Position numbers and translations under genes: made by a program. A model generated the notes under the pieces. That model was not told where the DNA came from. It was given only the letters and a program-made list of their open reading frames with translations, and made no database searches. A stretch of 21,109 bases of DNA from an uncultured bacterium (GTDB lineage Bacteria; JAJVIF01; JAPKYR01): assembly GCA_965369865.1 (NCBI GenBank), contig CBDURU010000059.1, forward strand, positions 1 to 21,109, given 5' to 3'. This document shows positions 8,305 to 16,770 of the stretch, piece after piece. The number at the start of each line of letters is the position of its first letter. The stretch's first letter is position 1.

Positions 8305-9507
8305 ATGACGAAGGACGTAAACGAAATAACAACCGGTGAACCCGTAAAGTCTTCTTCAGAGCCGGACAGGTTGCCCGGATGGATTGAAAGTCGGATTGAA
8401 TCATGCGACCTTTTCGACGCCATGATTCCCCTTGAAAGGTTGAGATCCGGGCTTGGTGAGGGCGTCCAGGGAATCGATCTTGTCGGTAAGGCTCTATGGA
8501 TAACATTTGCCGTAGTTGTAATAACAGGGATCGGATTACTGGCCGGTTATTCACCATCAACAGCAGGCGCATTTTCGTCGGTAGTTAATATTCAGAATGG
8601 CGGGGGTCTGGGCTGGCTCATGAGAGGGGCGCACAAGTACGGCACGGACCTATTTGTTATCCTTGCTGTAATCCGTCTGGCGCGATTAGCATACAGGAGG
8701 AGTTATAAATCCGGTGGAGAAATCACATGGATCGCCGCGATCGGTGTGCTCCTTGTTGGCATTATTTCAGGGGTGACTGGATATTTACTTGTCTGGAATC
8801 AGAGGATATTTACATCGGGGAGGCTTCTCGACAGGGGTGTGTGGAACTTCGAGGATATTTACCCACTTGGAGGCCTGGGGTTACGGGGATGGGCTGGGGA
8901 TGTACTGTCGGGTCCCGACGGGCTTAGCCAGGAAGTTTTGACAAGGGTTTTTGAAGTTCACATCGGATTGAGTCTGATAGTTATTTTCCTTGTATTTTTC
9001 TGGCGTAATATGAAACGTAACCAGGTGCCTGTAAAATCTCATTTTTCCTTAAAAATTCCCGGATCATTACTTTGGACAATACTTGGCGGTCTTGCATTTC
9101 TCGCACTGGTATTTCCGGTGCCGCTCGGCATCCCGTCCGATGGTGTGCTGAAACCGCATCCGATTTTCGCCGACTGGTATGCCCTGGCATTCTATGAATT
9201 TTCTTCGATGTTCAAGCCTCATATGAATGGGGTGATTCTCTCACTGGGCGTGCTGCTTGCGATACTCCTGCCGTGGGTCGACAGGTCGCTGAAACAGGGT
9301 CCGAGACCGGCAGTAACCTCGCTTATCGTTGCCAGCCTGTTGACCTGGTTCATCCTGACAATAAAGGCGCTCGGATGGGCAATCACTTATCCAGAGGTGC
9401 TCATAACCCTCTCGGTAATCTGGTTCGTATCATTCGGCATTGGCTATCTCAGGGAAATTCGGGAGAGGAAACCTGAGACGGGATCAGAAGACGGGGGGGG
9501 ACAATGA
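8305..9507 (+). CDS. Cytochrome b/b6-family protein, paralog 1 (bL ligands only, ADWY Qo-like motif)
   Basis: Start chosen at ATG 8305 (GGAGG at 8287-8291). ITGIGLLAGYSPS..AFSSV, GWLMRGAHKYG, GVTGYLLVWNQ, LTRVFEVHIG and PHPIFADWY align by eye to cytochrome b helices A-D and the ef loop. Confidence 0.85.
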   Translation: MTKDVNEITTGEPVKSSSEPDRLPGWIESRIESCDLFDAMIPLERLRSGLGEGVQGIDLVGKALWITFAVVVITGIGLLAGYSPSTAGAFSSVVNIQNGGGLGWLMRGAHKYGTDLFVILAVIRLARLAYRRSYKSGGEITWIAAIGVLLVGIISGVTGYLLVWNQRIFTSGRLLDRGVWNFEDIYPLGGLGLRGWAGDVLSGPDGLSQEVLTRVFEVHIGLSLIVIFLVFFWRNMKRNQVPVKSHFSLKIPGSLLWTILGGLAFLALVFPVPLGIPSDGVLKPHPIFADWYALAFYEFSSMFKPHMNGVILSLGVLLAILLPWVDRSLKQGPRPAVTSLIVASLLTWFILTIKALGWAITYPEVLITLSVIWFVSFGIGYLREIRERKPETGSEDGGGQ

Positions 9508-10706
9508 AAAGGATCAGGATCAAATCCCGTCGACCCTCCGCGTACGTCTCGCTCAGGAATTCTATCGGGAAAATAATTGAAACCATAGAATATTTCTCAT
9601 TGAAGTTCTTTGGAGTCGGGAGCAACCCGATGGCATTAACAGGGGGTATTGTCATCGCGTTTTTAATGGTTAACGCTGTAACCGGTTTGCTGATGCTCCT
9701 GTTCTATACCCCGACACCCGAACTTGCCCTGGCATCCGTTCGTGACCTTACGGTTGAAAATACACCTGGGTATCTACTCAGATCGGCACATCGCGCATCG
9801 GCAGGCCTTTTGATACTCGGGCTTCTGATCCATATGGTCCGTGTCTGGGCGACATTGAGGTATTCCGGGGCAAGACGGCGGACATGGACTGCCGGGATCG
9901 TCGCGCTGCTCGTATTGGGTTTGATCGGCTGGGCCGGTTATATCCTGCCATGGGATGAAAGGGCGATGGTGATTCTTTCCTGGGGACGGGAAATCGCTCA
10001 CGGTGTCGATCGCTGGCCGGTGCTTGGATGGTTTAATTTAGGTTCATTTATCAGTACGCCTATATTCGCGGTATCAAATGAGGCTGAGCAGCTACAGAGA
10101 ATTTTTACCCTCCATACCGGCGGTGCATTAGCACTCATGTTCGTACTTTTCTGGCATCTTAGAAGAGTTACCCCGCCTAAGATCGTGCTTCCCATAATGG
10201 GATGGTTTGGCCTTCTGATCCTCCTTCTGCTTGTAGGGGCGTCGGTCCCAATGGAGCATGAAGCACTTCGACCGTTTAATCCGTTCGGACCACCCGAAAC
10301 GGTCAAAGTTGATATCCTGGTAACATTCCCACTTATTTTCTATCCGGCGCTGAAAGGTCCTTTGCTTGCCTTTTTGATATTCATAGCCATCGCTGTTCTT
10401 CTGTACCTGCCGGGGCTTGAGCCGAGACGTCCACCGACCGCTGTAGTGCGTGAGATCGCATGTACAGGATGCAGAATCTGCTACGACGATTGCCCGTACG
10501 GCGCGATCGAGATGATTCCGGTACCCGATGCATCACACCGACCGGGGATCATTGAAATCGCGACCGTAAAAGCATCAGATTGTAATTCATGCGGTATTTG
10601 TGTGGGAAGCTGCGAGTTCACGGCAATCGAACTGCCGTCCCTGACTACCTATGATATCCTGGATAAAATCGACCATATTACTGGTCCTCTTCAAGAGAGA
10701 ATGTAA
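9504..10706 (+). CDS. Cytochrome b/b6-family protein, paralog 2, fused to a C-terminal 2x[4Fe-4S] ferredoxin domain
   Basis: ATGA overlap with the upstream gene. TGLLMLLFYTP, GYLLRSAH-x13-H, AGYILPWDER, IFTLH-x13-H. C-terminal CTGCRICYDDCP and CNSCGICVGSC. Confidence 0.9.
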   Translation: MKRIRIKSRRPSAYVSLRNSIGKIIETIEYFSLKFFGVGSNPMALTGGIVIAFLMVNAVTGLLMLLFYTPTPELALASVRDLTVENTPGYLLRSAHRASAGLLILGLLIHMVRVWATLRYSGARRRTWTAGIVALLVLGLIGWAGYILPWDERAMVILSWGREIAHGVDRWPVLGWFNLGSFISTPIFAVSNEAEQLQRIFTLHTGGALALMFVLFWHLRRVTPPKIVLPIMGWFGLLILLLLVGASVPMEHEALRPFNPFGPPETVKVDILVTFPLIFYPALKGPLLAFLIFIAIAVLLYLPGLEPRRPPTAVVREIACTGCRICYDDCPYGAIEMIPVPDASHRPGIIEIATVKASDCNSCGICVGSCEFTAIELPSLTTYDILDKIDHITGPLQERM

Positions 10707-11569
10707 TGACTGATAAAAAGAAAACGCCCGACAACAATCCCGAACAGTTCGGACTCGCGGAGTTCGAAACCGGGAGCGTTATCAGCCTTGCGGAATTTGA
10801 GGCCGAGAGCACTATTCTTTTAGATGAATACGTCCTCGATAAATCCTCCATGCTGGCTGAATTCGAAGCTGGGATGGAGACAGTTTTTATCGACCTGCTT
10901 GGGTCGAAGAATGATGAATCCCCGGAACTGGATGAGGACGAAGAAGATAATGAGAAAGAACCGATTCCGGACGAGGTCGAAGATGAAAGTGCAGAGCCGG
11001 AAGATGAAGAACAGGTTGAGGATACTGATGAGGCTGTCGATCAAGCGGAAATAGTTGGAGAAGAGATAATTCCCGAACCTGAACCAGTCGAGCTTCCACC
11101 TGAACCTGTACGCGAACCTGTAAACCCGGTTTTCGGATTTGTTTGCGAACATGCTCTCGATATCTCAAAACTCACCGGACCGGGGGGACGGATGAATGGC
11201 CGTCGGATGGTTACCCTGCAGCGGGTTCCCTGTTCGGCGATGGTGAAACCGGCATGGCTCAGGTATGCCCTGGATAAGGGAGCATCCGGAGTATTCATAA
11301 TTACGTGCAATCCCGGCGCTTGCCATCATCGAACGGGTGCGTCTATTACGGAGAAGCGGTTCAAGAATCAGCAGCAGCCGATGCTTTCAGACGATGTCGA
11401 TCGGAGGAGGGTACAATTATTTTTTGGCCATCCGGCCGGGAGGGAAGAGTTATTGAAAAAACTGGATGAATTCCTCGCCGTAATAGGCAAAATCGATCAT
11501 GCTGAAAGTACCCCCGGAGATGAGGCTGAGCAGGTTGTTAAAACCGATATGGGTGAATGGTTGATGTAA
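10706..11569 (+). CDS. MvhD/FlpD-like (hydrogenase delta subunit) [2Fe-2S] protein with an acidic N-terminal extension
   Basis: TAATG overlap. C-terminal FVCEH..QRVPCSAMVKP..ALDKGASGVFIITCNPGACHHRTG follows the MvhD pattern with four Cys. The first ~135 aa are D/E-rich and low-complexity. Confidence 0.85.
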   Translation: MTDKKKTPDNNPEQFGLAEFETGSVISLAEFEAESTILLDEYVLDKSSMLAEFEAGMETVFIDLLGSKNDESPELDEDEEDNEKEPIPDEVEDESAEPEDEEQVEDTDEAVDQAEIVGEEIIPEPEPVELPPEPVREPVNPVFGFVCEHALDISKLTGPGGRMNGRRMVTLQRVPCSAMVKPAWLRYALDKGASGVFIITCNPGACHHRTGASITEKRFKNQQQPMLSDDVDRRRVQLFFGHPAGREELLKKLDEFLAVIGKIDHAESTPGDEAEQVVKTDMGEWLM

Positions 11570-11599
11570 CTGTTTCCCGGGTTAGAAATTTGGGTTGGT

Positions 11600-11836
11600 T
11601 TACATAAGCGGGCACGTTCCGTCCGTACACCCGTATCCTGTCGGAACATCGCAGGCACCATCCGCGCATGAAAGGTTGGATGTAGACCCTTTGGAGACAT
11701 GGGGAGCGGGGATTGAAACCATCCGCTCTACTTTTTTACTCCCGCAATCGGGGCATGGGGTTTTATCGCCTCGATGTGTTACGAGGTCTTCGAATTCATT
11801 CTTGCATTTACTGCATTTGAATTTATAAATCGGCAT
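11600..11836 (-). CDS. FmdB-family zinc-ribbon protein
   Basis: MPIYKFKCSKCKNEFE..CPDCGSKKVERMVS is the classic FmdB pattern, with a Cys-rich tail CADGAC..CTDGTC. Start chosen at MPIY (the track start at 11845 is also possible). Confidence 0.85.
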   Translation of the reverse strand: MPIYKFKCSKCKNEFEDLVTHRGDKTPCPDCGSKKVERMVSIPAPHVSKGSTSNLSCADGACDVPTGYGCTDGTCPLM

Positions 11837-12018
11837 TTTGATCATCTCGTGCTGTTGAAATAAATTATATCGGCACAGAAGTTATACCATATTTTCCGTA
11901 ATAATCGTCGACAAGCACGTTCGACCCGGAGATTTTTAAAGGCTTGGGGGATGAAGATGTCTCACTCAGCTTGTCAACGGCACCCGGCCCAATCAATTTT
12001 TACTTAACGGAAATTGTC

Positions 12019-12681
12019 TTAGAACCTGTAAGACCTTCGAGTAAGGGGATCAGACACGGTTCCATGTGCCTCAAGGTTTTGAGGGGTGCCTTCGAGATTC
12101 ATCTCAAGAACCACCTGGAACGGAAGATTGAAGTCTGGAGGTGAGGATCCGATTATCGATACCAGCCGTGAGGGAAATCTCTCGATAAATATCTCAATTT
12201 TAATTTCCTGTCCGGTCTGGCGAATTTTGGGGATGATATTGCCTTTCCATGCCATGGGCCCTAACTCAATTACGTTACCTGTCTCAAGCCATCCGGTGGT
12301 ACCCGGCAGAAGCGATGCGGCACCGATCCTGATTTCCTCGACGCTGTTATTATCGTTATAGATGGTGACATTACCCTCTTCCCACGAGATTTCGGTGAGT
12401 TTAAAAGGTTTGAGCCGCCAGTGCATTGTAAGGCCTGGAGTTGCGAATGAAGTGGGTGGAACATCGTCTCCCGGGCGGGTATTTTTAATAAAAAGACCGG
12501 TCAGTTGATATCCTGAGAAAAGGTTGCCGGATTTTGAGGAGTACCTGAATTCAATACCAGGCTGGTTGGCGATGTATGCAAAGATTTTGTTCTCAACAAT
12601 TTTGTAGCCGATAGCAAAAATAATGGCAATGACAATTACAATCGCGGCAATCCAGATTATCGGTTTCGAGGTTTTCGACAT
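12019..12681 (-). CDS. Hypothetical membrane-anchored beta-rich protein (possibly AsmA/TamB N-terminal-like)
   Basis: 220-aa ORF co-oriented with the lpt cluster. N-terminal TM helix, then FRYSSKSGNLFSGYQLTGLFI, which resembles AsmA/TamB N-termini. The family call is weak. Confidence 0.6.
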   Translation of the reverse strand: MSKTSKPIIWIAAIVIVIAIIFAIGYKIVENKIFAYIANQPGIEFRYSSKSGNLFSGYQLTGLFIKNTRPGDDVPPTSFATPGLTMHWRLKPFKLTEISWEEGNVTIYNDNNSVEEIRIGAASLLPGTTGWLETGNVIELGPMAWKGNIIPKIRQTGQEIKIEIFIERFPSRLVSIIGSSPPDFNLPFQVVLEMNLEGTPQNLEAHGTVSDPLTRRSYRF

Positions 12682-12720
12682 TTATTTATCGATCAATCCA
12701 AATTCTATCAACCAAAAAAA

Positions 12721-13911
12721 TTATGCACTACGGATGTAAAATCGCGCGTTTAAAATTATGCCTGCGATTAAAAAAACGATGTTAGGCAGCCATGCTGCGA
12801 TAACCGGAATCAGTATGCCGCGTTCGGCAATGTTAATGGAAAAAGTTGTGAGCATGTAATAGGCGAAAACCAGAAGCATCGCCAATCCGATCCCAACCGT
12901 GTTGGTTGAACGAGTCGGCGTCAGTCCGAGCGGCGCGGCAAGCAGGATGAAAACTATACTCGCGAATGGTGTGGCGATTTTCATGGAGTATGTGCCCTGG
13001 ATTTTTCTAAGGTAATTTTCTGAGCGTCCGGACAACTCGGCCGAAGCGAGGAACACCTGCAGTTCCTGAAGGCTCATCTCATCCGGATCGCGATTCTCGC
13101 CACTTAGAATATCCGATGGAGTACGGGCGATTTCCATTTCGAGTGTCGGGCTGACCATCGAACGAACAACATTCCCCCGGTTCCGGAAATCATCCTCTTC
13201 ATTATTTTCAGAGACAGGATCGTCGTTATCACCATTATTGCCAATTCCATTACCGTTTCCGATGCCAAGATGTATCACGTGCGCGTTGTGAAATTCCCAT
13301 TTACCCATCATCCAGACACCCTCATCGGCGGTGTAGAGGGTGATGTTGCCAGGGCGCGAGAAATCCCACCATTTTACGTCATAAAAGACATTTCCTTCAG
13401 CCGATGCCGCTGCGAAAAGCCAACCCGCATCCTGGTCCATGTAAGAAATATTTGTTTCCTCAAGTGAGATGCCTTTGTCAATAATCGCATTCTGGATGAA
13501 TTCTCTTGAGGTGCGTGTTGATTGCGGGGCGACTTTTTCGTTCAGGATGAAAGTCCCAAGGACCACAAACCAGGCAAAGATAAGGGCGGGGAGAACGATC
13601 CTGAAAAACCCGATTCCACCGGCTCTCAGGGCTGTAATTTCGCTGGAGTCGCTCATACGTCCGAAAGCAAGGAGAGTTGCGAAAAGTACGGCCATAGGGA
13701 ATGTATAAGCGATGGTCTGAGGAAGAGCGAGGATGAAAAATATACCGACCTGTGTCACCGATAAATGGTAGTTGGTAACGTAATTCATCATGGGCCTGAA
13801 AAGGAGCACAGCAACCATAAGGAGTGTGAAGGCAGCTACACCCATAAGAAAAAACGGGATAAATTCTCCGAGAACGAGCAGATCGATTTTTCTAAGTGGA
13901 AGCCGGTTCAT
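12721..13911 (-). CDS. LptF/LptG family LPS export permease (YjgP/YjgQ)
   Basis: IDLLVLGEFIPFF, LPQTIAYTFPMAVLFATLLAFGRMSDSSEITALRAGGIG, DPDEMSLQEL, PFASIVFILLAAPLG, AAWLPNIVF. Confidence 0.93.
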   Translation of the reverse strand: MNRLPLRKIDLLVLGEFIPFFLMGVAAFTLLMVAVLLFRPMMNYVTNYHLSVTQVGIFFILALPQTIAYTFPMAVLFATLLAFGRMSDSSEITALRAGGIGFFRIVLPALIFAWFVVLGTFILNEKVAPQSTRTSREFIQNAIIDKGISLEETNISYMDQDAGWLFAAASAEGNVFYDVKWWDFSRPGNITLYTADEGVWMMGKWEFHNAHVIHLGIGNGNGIGNNGDNDDPVSENNEEDDFRNRGNVVRSMVSPTLEMEIARTPSDILSGENRDPDEMSLQELQVFLASAELSGRSENYLRKIQGTYSMKIATPFASIVFILLAAPLGLTPTRSTNTVGIGLAMLLVFAYYMLTTFSINIAERGILIPVIAAWLPNIVFLIAGIILNARFYIRSA

Positions 13912-13926
13912 ATTAAACGCCGATGA

Positions 13927-14715
13927 TCAATCACCTGTCCCGACGGGGATCGCCCTTATAAGAATCATCCAGGTAACAAATGAGATAATTTTACCTTCAT
14001 CCTCGATAACACGGAAATGACGTTTTGCCCTGTCTGAAGCTGAACCAAGCATCATGGAGAGCATGCGGGCCTGGCTTTTATCAACGTTATGTTTTTTAGC
14101 CCATGTCCTGAAATTGTTATGCTTCGGATAAATTTCAATGAGGTCGACTGCGAAATTTTCAATATTCAGGAAGTCTTCGAGATCGGCGAGCGTGTAGCTT
14201 TTCAGGTGAGATTTATCAAGACAGGTGTAAAGGTTCTGCAGGAAACCCTGGAGGTCGGTATGCTGTGGAGCAAGGGAGTCGGCGATTATAAGCCGTCCCG
14301 ATGGTTGAAGTAACCTGTAAGCTTCTTTAATCAGGCCAGACGGGTTGCCCAGATGCCTGATAGCGAGGCGTGCGGTGATGATATCGAAAAATTTATCCTC
14401 GAAGGGAAGATTATAAATATCACCATGAATAAGGTTGATGTTATCCAGGTTTTCATTCTTAACAAGAACTTCCGCGCCTTTCAGGATTTTGCCGTCGGGG
14501 TCGAAGGCTTCGACCTGTTTTACATGTGGAGCGAACGCCCGGGCAACATGGCCAAGTCCTGTAACAACATCCAGGACAACATCGTACCGGTCCGGTTTTG
14601 CGATTTCGAGGATACGTGCGATGTCAGCCTCATCGCCGTGTTCCTTGACAGATACAAGGCGACTTGATCGAATCTCAGCATCTGCCCAGGAAATATCCTT
14701 TCTGGTCACAGTCAT
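13927..14715 (-). CDS. Class I SAM-dependent methyltransferase
   Basis: Motif I VLDVVTGLGH, GDIYNLPFEDKFFDIIT, RLLQPSGRLIIAD. ATGA overlap with lptB. Confidence 0.88.
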   Translation of the reverse strand: MTVTRKDISWADAEIRSSRLVSVKEHGDEADIARILEIAKPDRYDVVLDVVTGLGHVARAFAPHVKQVEAFDPDGKILKGAEVLVKNENLDNINLIHGDIYNLPFEDKFFDIITARLAIRHLGNPSGLIKEAYRLLQPSGRLIIADSLAPQHTDLQGFLQNLYTCLDKSHLKSYTLADLEDFLNIENFAVDLIEIYPKHNNFRTWAKKHNVDKSQARMLSMMLGSASDRAKRHFRVIEDEGKIISFVTWMILIRAIPVGTGD

Positions 14716-15656
14716 TGATCGTTACCATCCCCAGGTGTCCCATCACCAATTTCATCGAGAATATTAAACAGGCTGTCGTCGGCCTGGAATCGTTCACCAA
14801 GATAATATTTTTTAGCGATCTCGCTTTCAGCGATCTCACGCGCGACACCCGACTGGAGGATTTTACCCTGGTGCATAATATAGACCCAGTCGCTGACAGC
14901 GAGGATATCCCGTACGGAGTGATCGGTGATGAGGATACCAATCCCTTTTCGTTTAAGCATAGTAATGATACGCTGGATGTCCTGGATGGCGATTGGATCG
15001 ACTCCCGTAAAAGGCTCGTCGAGAAGCATGAAATCCGGGCTGCCCGCCAGGGCACGTGCGATCTCACATCGCCTTCGCTCTCCACCCGAAAGTGTATTCC
15101 CAACCGACCTCCTGAGATGCGTCAGATCCAGTTCGTCGATAATCTGCTCCATACGCTCCATGCGTTCGCGGTATGACACTCCAAGGGCTTCGAGTATCAG
15201 CAGGACATTTTCCTCGACAGTCAGCTTTCGGAAGATTGACGGTTCCTGTGCGAGATATCCCAGACCTTTACGGGCACGCTGATAGATGGGGAGTCTCGTG
15301 ATTTCAGTCCCGTTTAAAAAGATGCGGCCCCTGTTGGGCCTGACCAGACCGACCATCATGTAAAAACTGGTGGTTTTCCCGGCACCGTTCGGGCCAAGCA
15401 GGCCTACGATCTTACCCTCGGTGACCTTGAGATCGACATTGTCGACAACGCGGCGCCTTCTGTAGATCTTCACGAGGTTATAGGCTTCGAGAGCCTTCAT
15501 CCCCGGTTCGACCTCTATGTGCTTGATAAGGTCATCCCGATGCTGAAGGTCCTCGAGGGTTTCTTTAGTCACTGTGACTTTCGCCGGGCCGGCAACCTTG
15601 CTCTCAGTGTCTTTTTTATCAGTATCAGTCATATTGAAATATTTCCCCGTCAACAT
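14712..15656 (-). CDS. lptB: LPS export ABC transporter ATP-binding protein
   Basis: Walker A GPNGAGKTT followed by SFYMMVG, GYLAQEPSIFRKL, signature LSGGERRRCEIARAL, LLDEPFTGVDP, ILITDH, and the YYLGERF tail. Neighbours are lptA-like and lptF/G. The start may be at 15632. Confidence 0.95.
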   Translation of the reverse strand: MLTGKYFNMTDTDKKDTESKVAGPAKVTVTKETLEDLQHRDDLIKHIEVEPGMKALEAYNLVKIYRRRRVVDNVDLKVTEGKIVGLLGPNGAGKTTSFYMMVGLVRPNRGRIFLNGTEITRLPIYQRARKGLGYLAQEPSIFRKLTVEENVLLILEALGVSYRERMERMEQIIDELDLTHLRRSVGNTLSGGERRRCEIARALAGSPDFMLLDEPFTGVDPIAIQDIQRIITMLKRKGIGILITDHSVRDILAVSDWVYIMHQGKILQSGVAREIAESEIAKKYYLGERFQADDSLFNILDEIGDGTPGDGNDQ

Positions 15657-15720
15657 CCTCCTTTATTGTATAAAACTCAGGCGGCACTTACACCAATAAT
15701 AAGGAATTTTCAGCAAATTG

Positions 15721-16770
15721 CTATTCATCCCGGGATTCCTCATCACCGGACCCAGTGGAATCACCGTTGATTAGTCCATCTTCGATTGTACCGCCGACGC
15801 TGGCCCCAACAAGTCTGATCGACCAAACCCTCCCAAGGTTCACAACAATCTCGTCCGCAGAGCCCTCCTGACCGTATATCGAGAATGAGACATTACCCGA
15901 CGCATTTAAAACCCGAATTTCCGGACTTTGGGTAACAAGGGATATTCTGTCGGCTTCAAGGTGTTTATCCGGCCCGTCGATCACAACATTCCCATCTGCC
16001 GTTACTGAACTTATGCTGTCCGGACTTCCAACCATCTCAATCCGGTTGGCATCGAGCGTGAAATTCCCGGCGATAACCGAAGCCCGTCGAGCCTCCGGAC
16101 CTTCGGGCGTACGGACTATGCCATCCTCAAGAGAAATAAATACAGCATCCGAGGTGAACTCGATGAGGTCGATTTCCTCATCCGCGAAAAGTATCCCTCC
16201 AGTAGAATAGAGGATTTCAACAGAGCCTGACAGGCTTCCCGATTTTTCATTCAGATTATATTCGGCCCGGGACGCACGAGCCGACATTGTTTCCTCTGAG
16301 AGGGTGCATCCACCGGCGAGTGTGACGATCCGGGTCCCGATCGAATAGTCCAGTGAGCCTGCAGATGCGGTAAAACCCCTTTGATTGAATCGAGTGTTAC
16401 CGGAGAGTACCAGCCGCTGTCCTTCAGCAAAATAAACCGCACTTCCGGCAGTCCCGGACGTGTTGTCCAAGCCTCTAAAAACCACATTGCCAGCCAGTTC
16501 AACCGTTTCTATCGCATTGTAGAGGCTGGACAGGTCGTTTCCGAGATGTACGGTCGCGGAATCCGCGGTAATAGTGTCGTTTCCATAAATTATTTCAACA
16601 GGACCTTCAAGCACAAAGGAAATTCCGTCATCGGTTTCTTCAAGAGTAAGGCTTTCAGCGATGAGATTCGCTACATTCTCAGCATGAATCACATTGGCTG
16701 GCGTGATGAATAATGTCAAACCAAGAATGGTTAACAGTATGGGATTGAATATTTTAATTAGATTATTCAT
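15721..16770 (-). CDS. LptA/OstA-family beta-jellyroll protein with multiple tandem repeats
   Basis: Signal peptide and repeated OstA-like units (LEGPVEI, LAGNVVF, TAGSAVYFAEGQRLVLSGN, ASRAEYNLNEKSGSLSGSVEI, ADGNVVI, ASGNVSF). It lies directly upstream of lptB. Confidence 0.75.
   Translation of the reverse strand: MNNLIKIFNPILLTILGLTLFITPANVIHAENVANLIAESLTLEETDDGISFVLEGPVEIIYGNDTITADSATVHLGNDLSSLYNAIETVELAGNVVFRGLDNTSGTAGSAVYFAEGQRLVLSGNTRFNQRGFTASAGSLDYSIGTRIVTLAGGCTLSEETMSARASRAEYNLNEKSGSLSGSVEILYSTGGILFADEEIDLIEFTSDAVFISLEDGIVRTPEGPEARRASVIAGNFTLDANRIEMVGSPDSISSVTADGNVVIDGPDKHLEADRISLVTQSPEIRVLNASGNVSFSIYGQEGSADEIVVNLGRVWSIRLVGASVGGTIEDGLINGDSTGSGDEESRDE

Noticed and set aside
8305..10706. 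Ordinary bc1/b6f petB-petD pair
   Set aside because: Both genes contain the helix A-D heme domain, so they are paralogs and not a split cytochrome b. No Rieske gene is adjacent.
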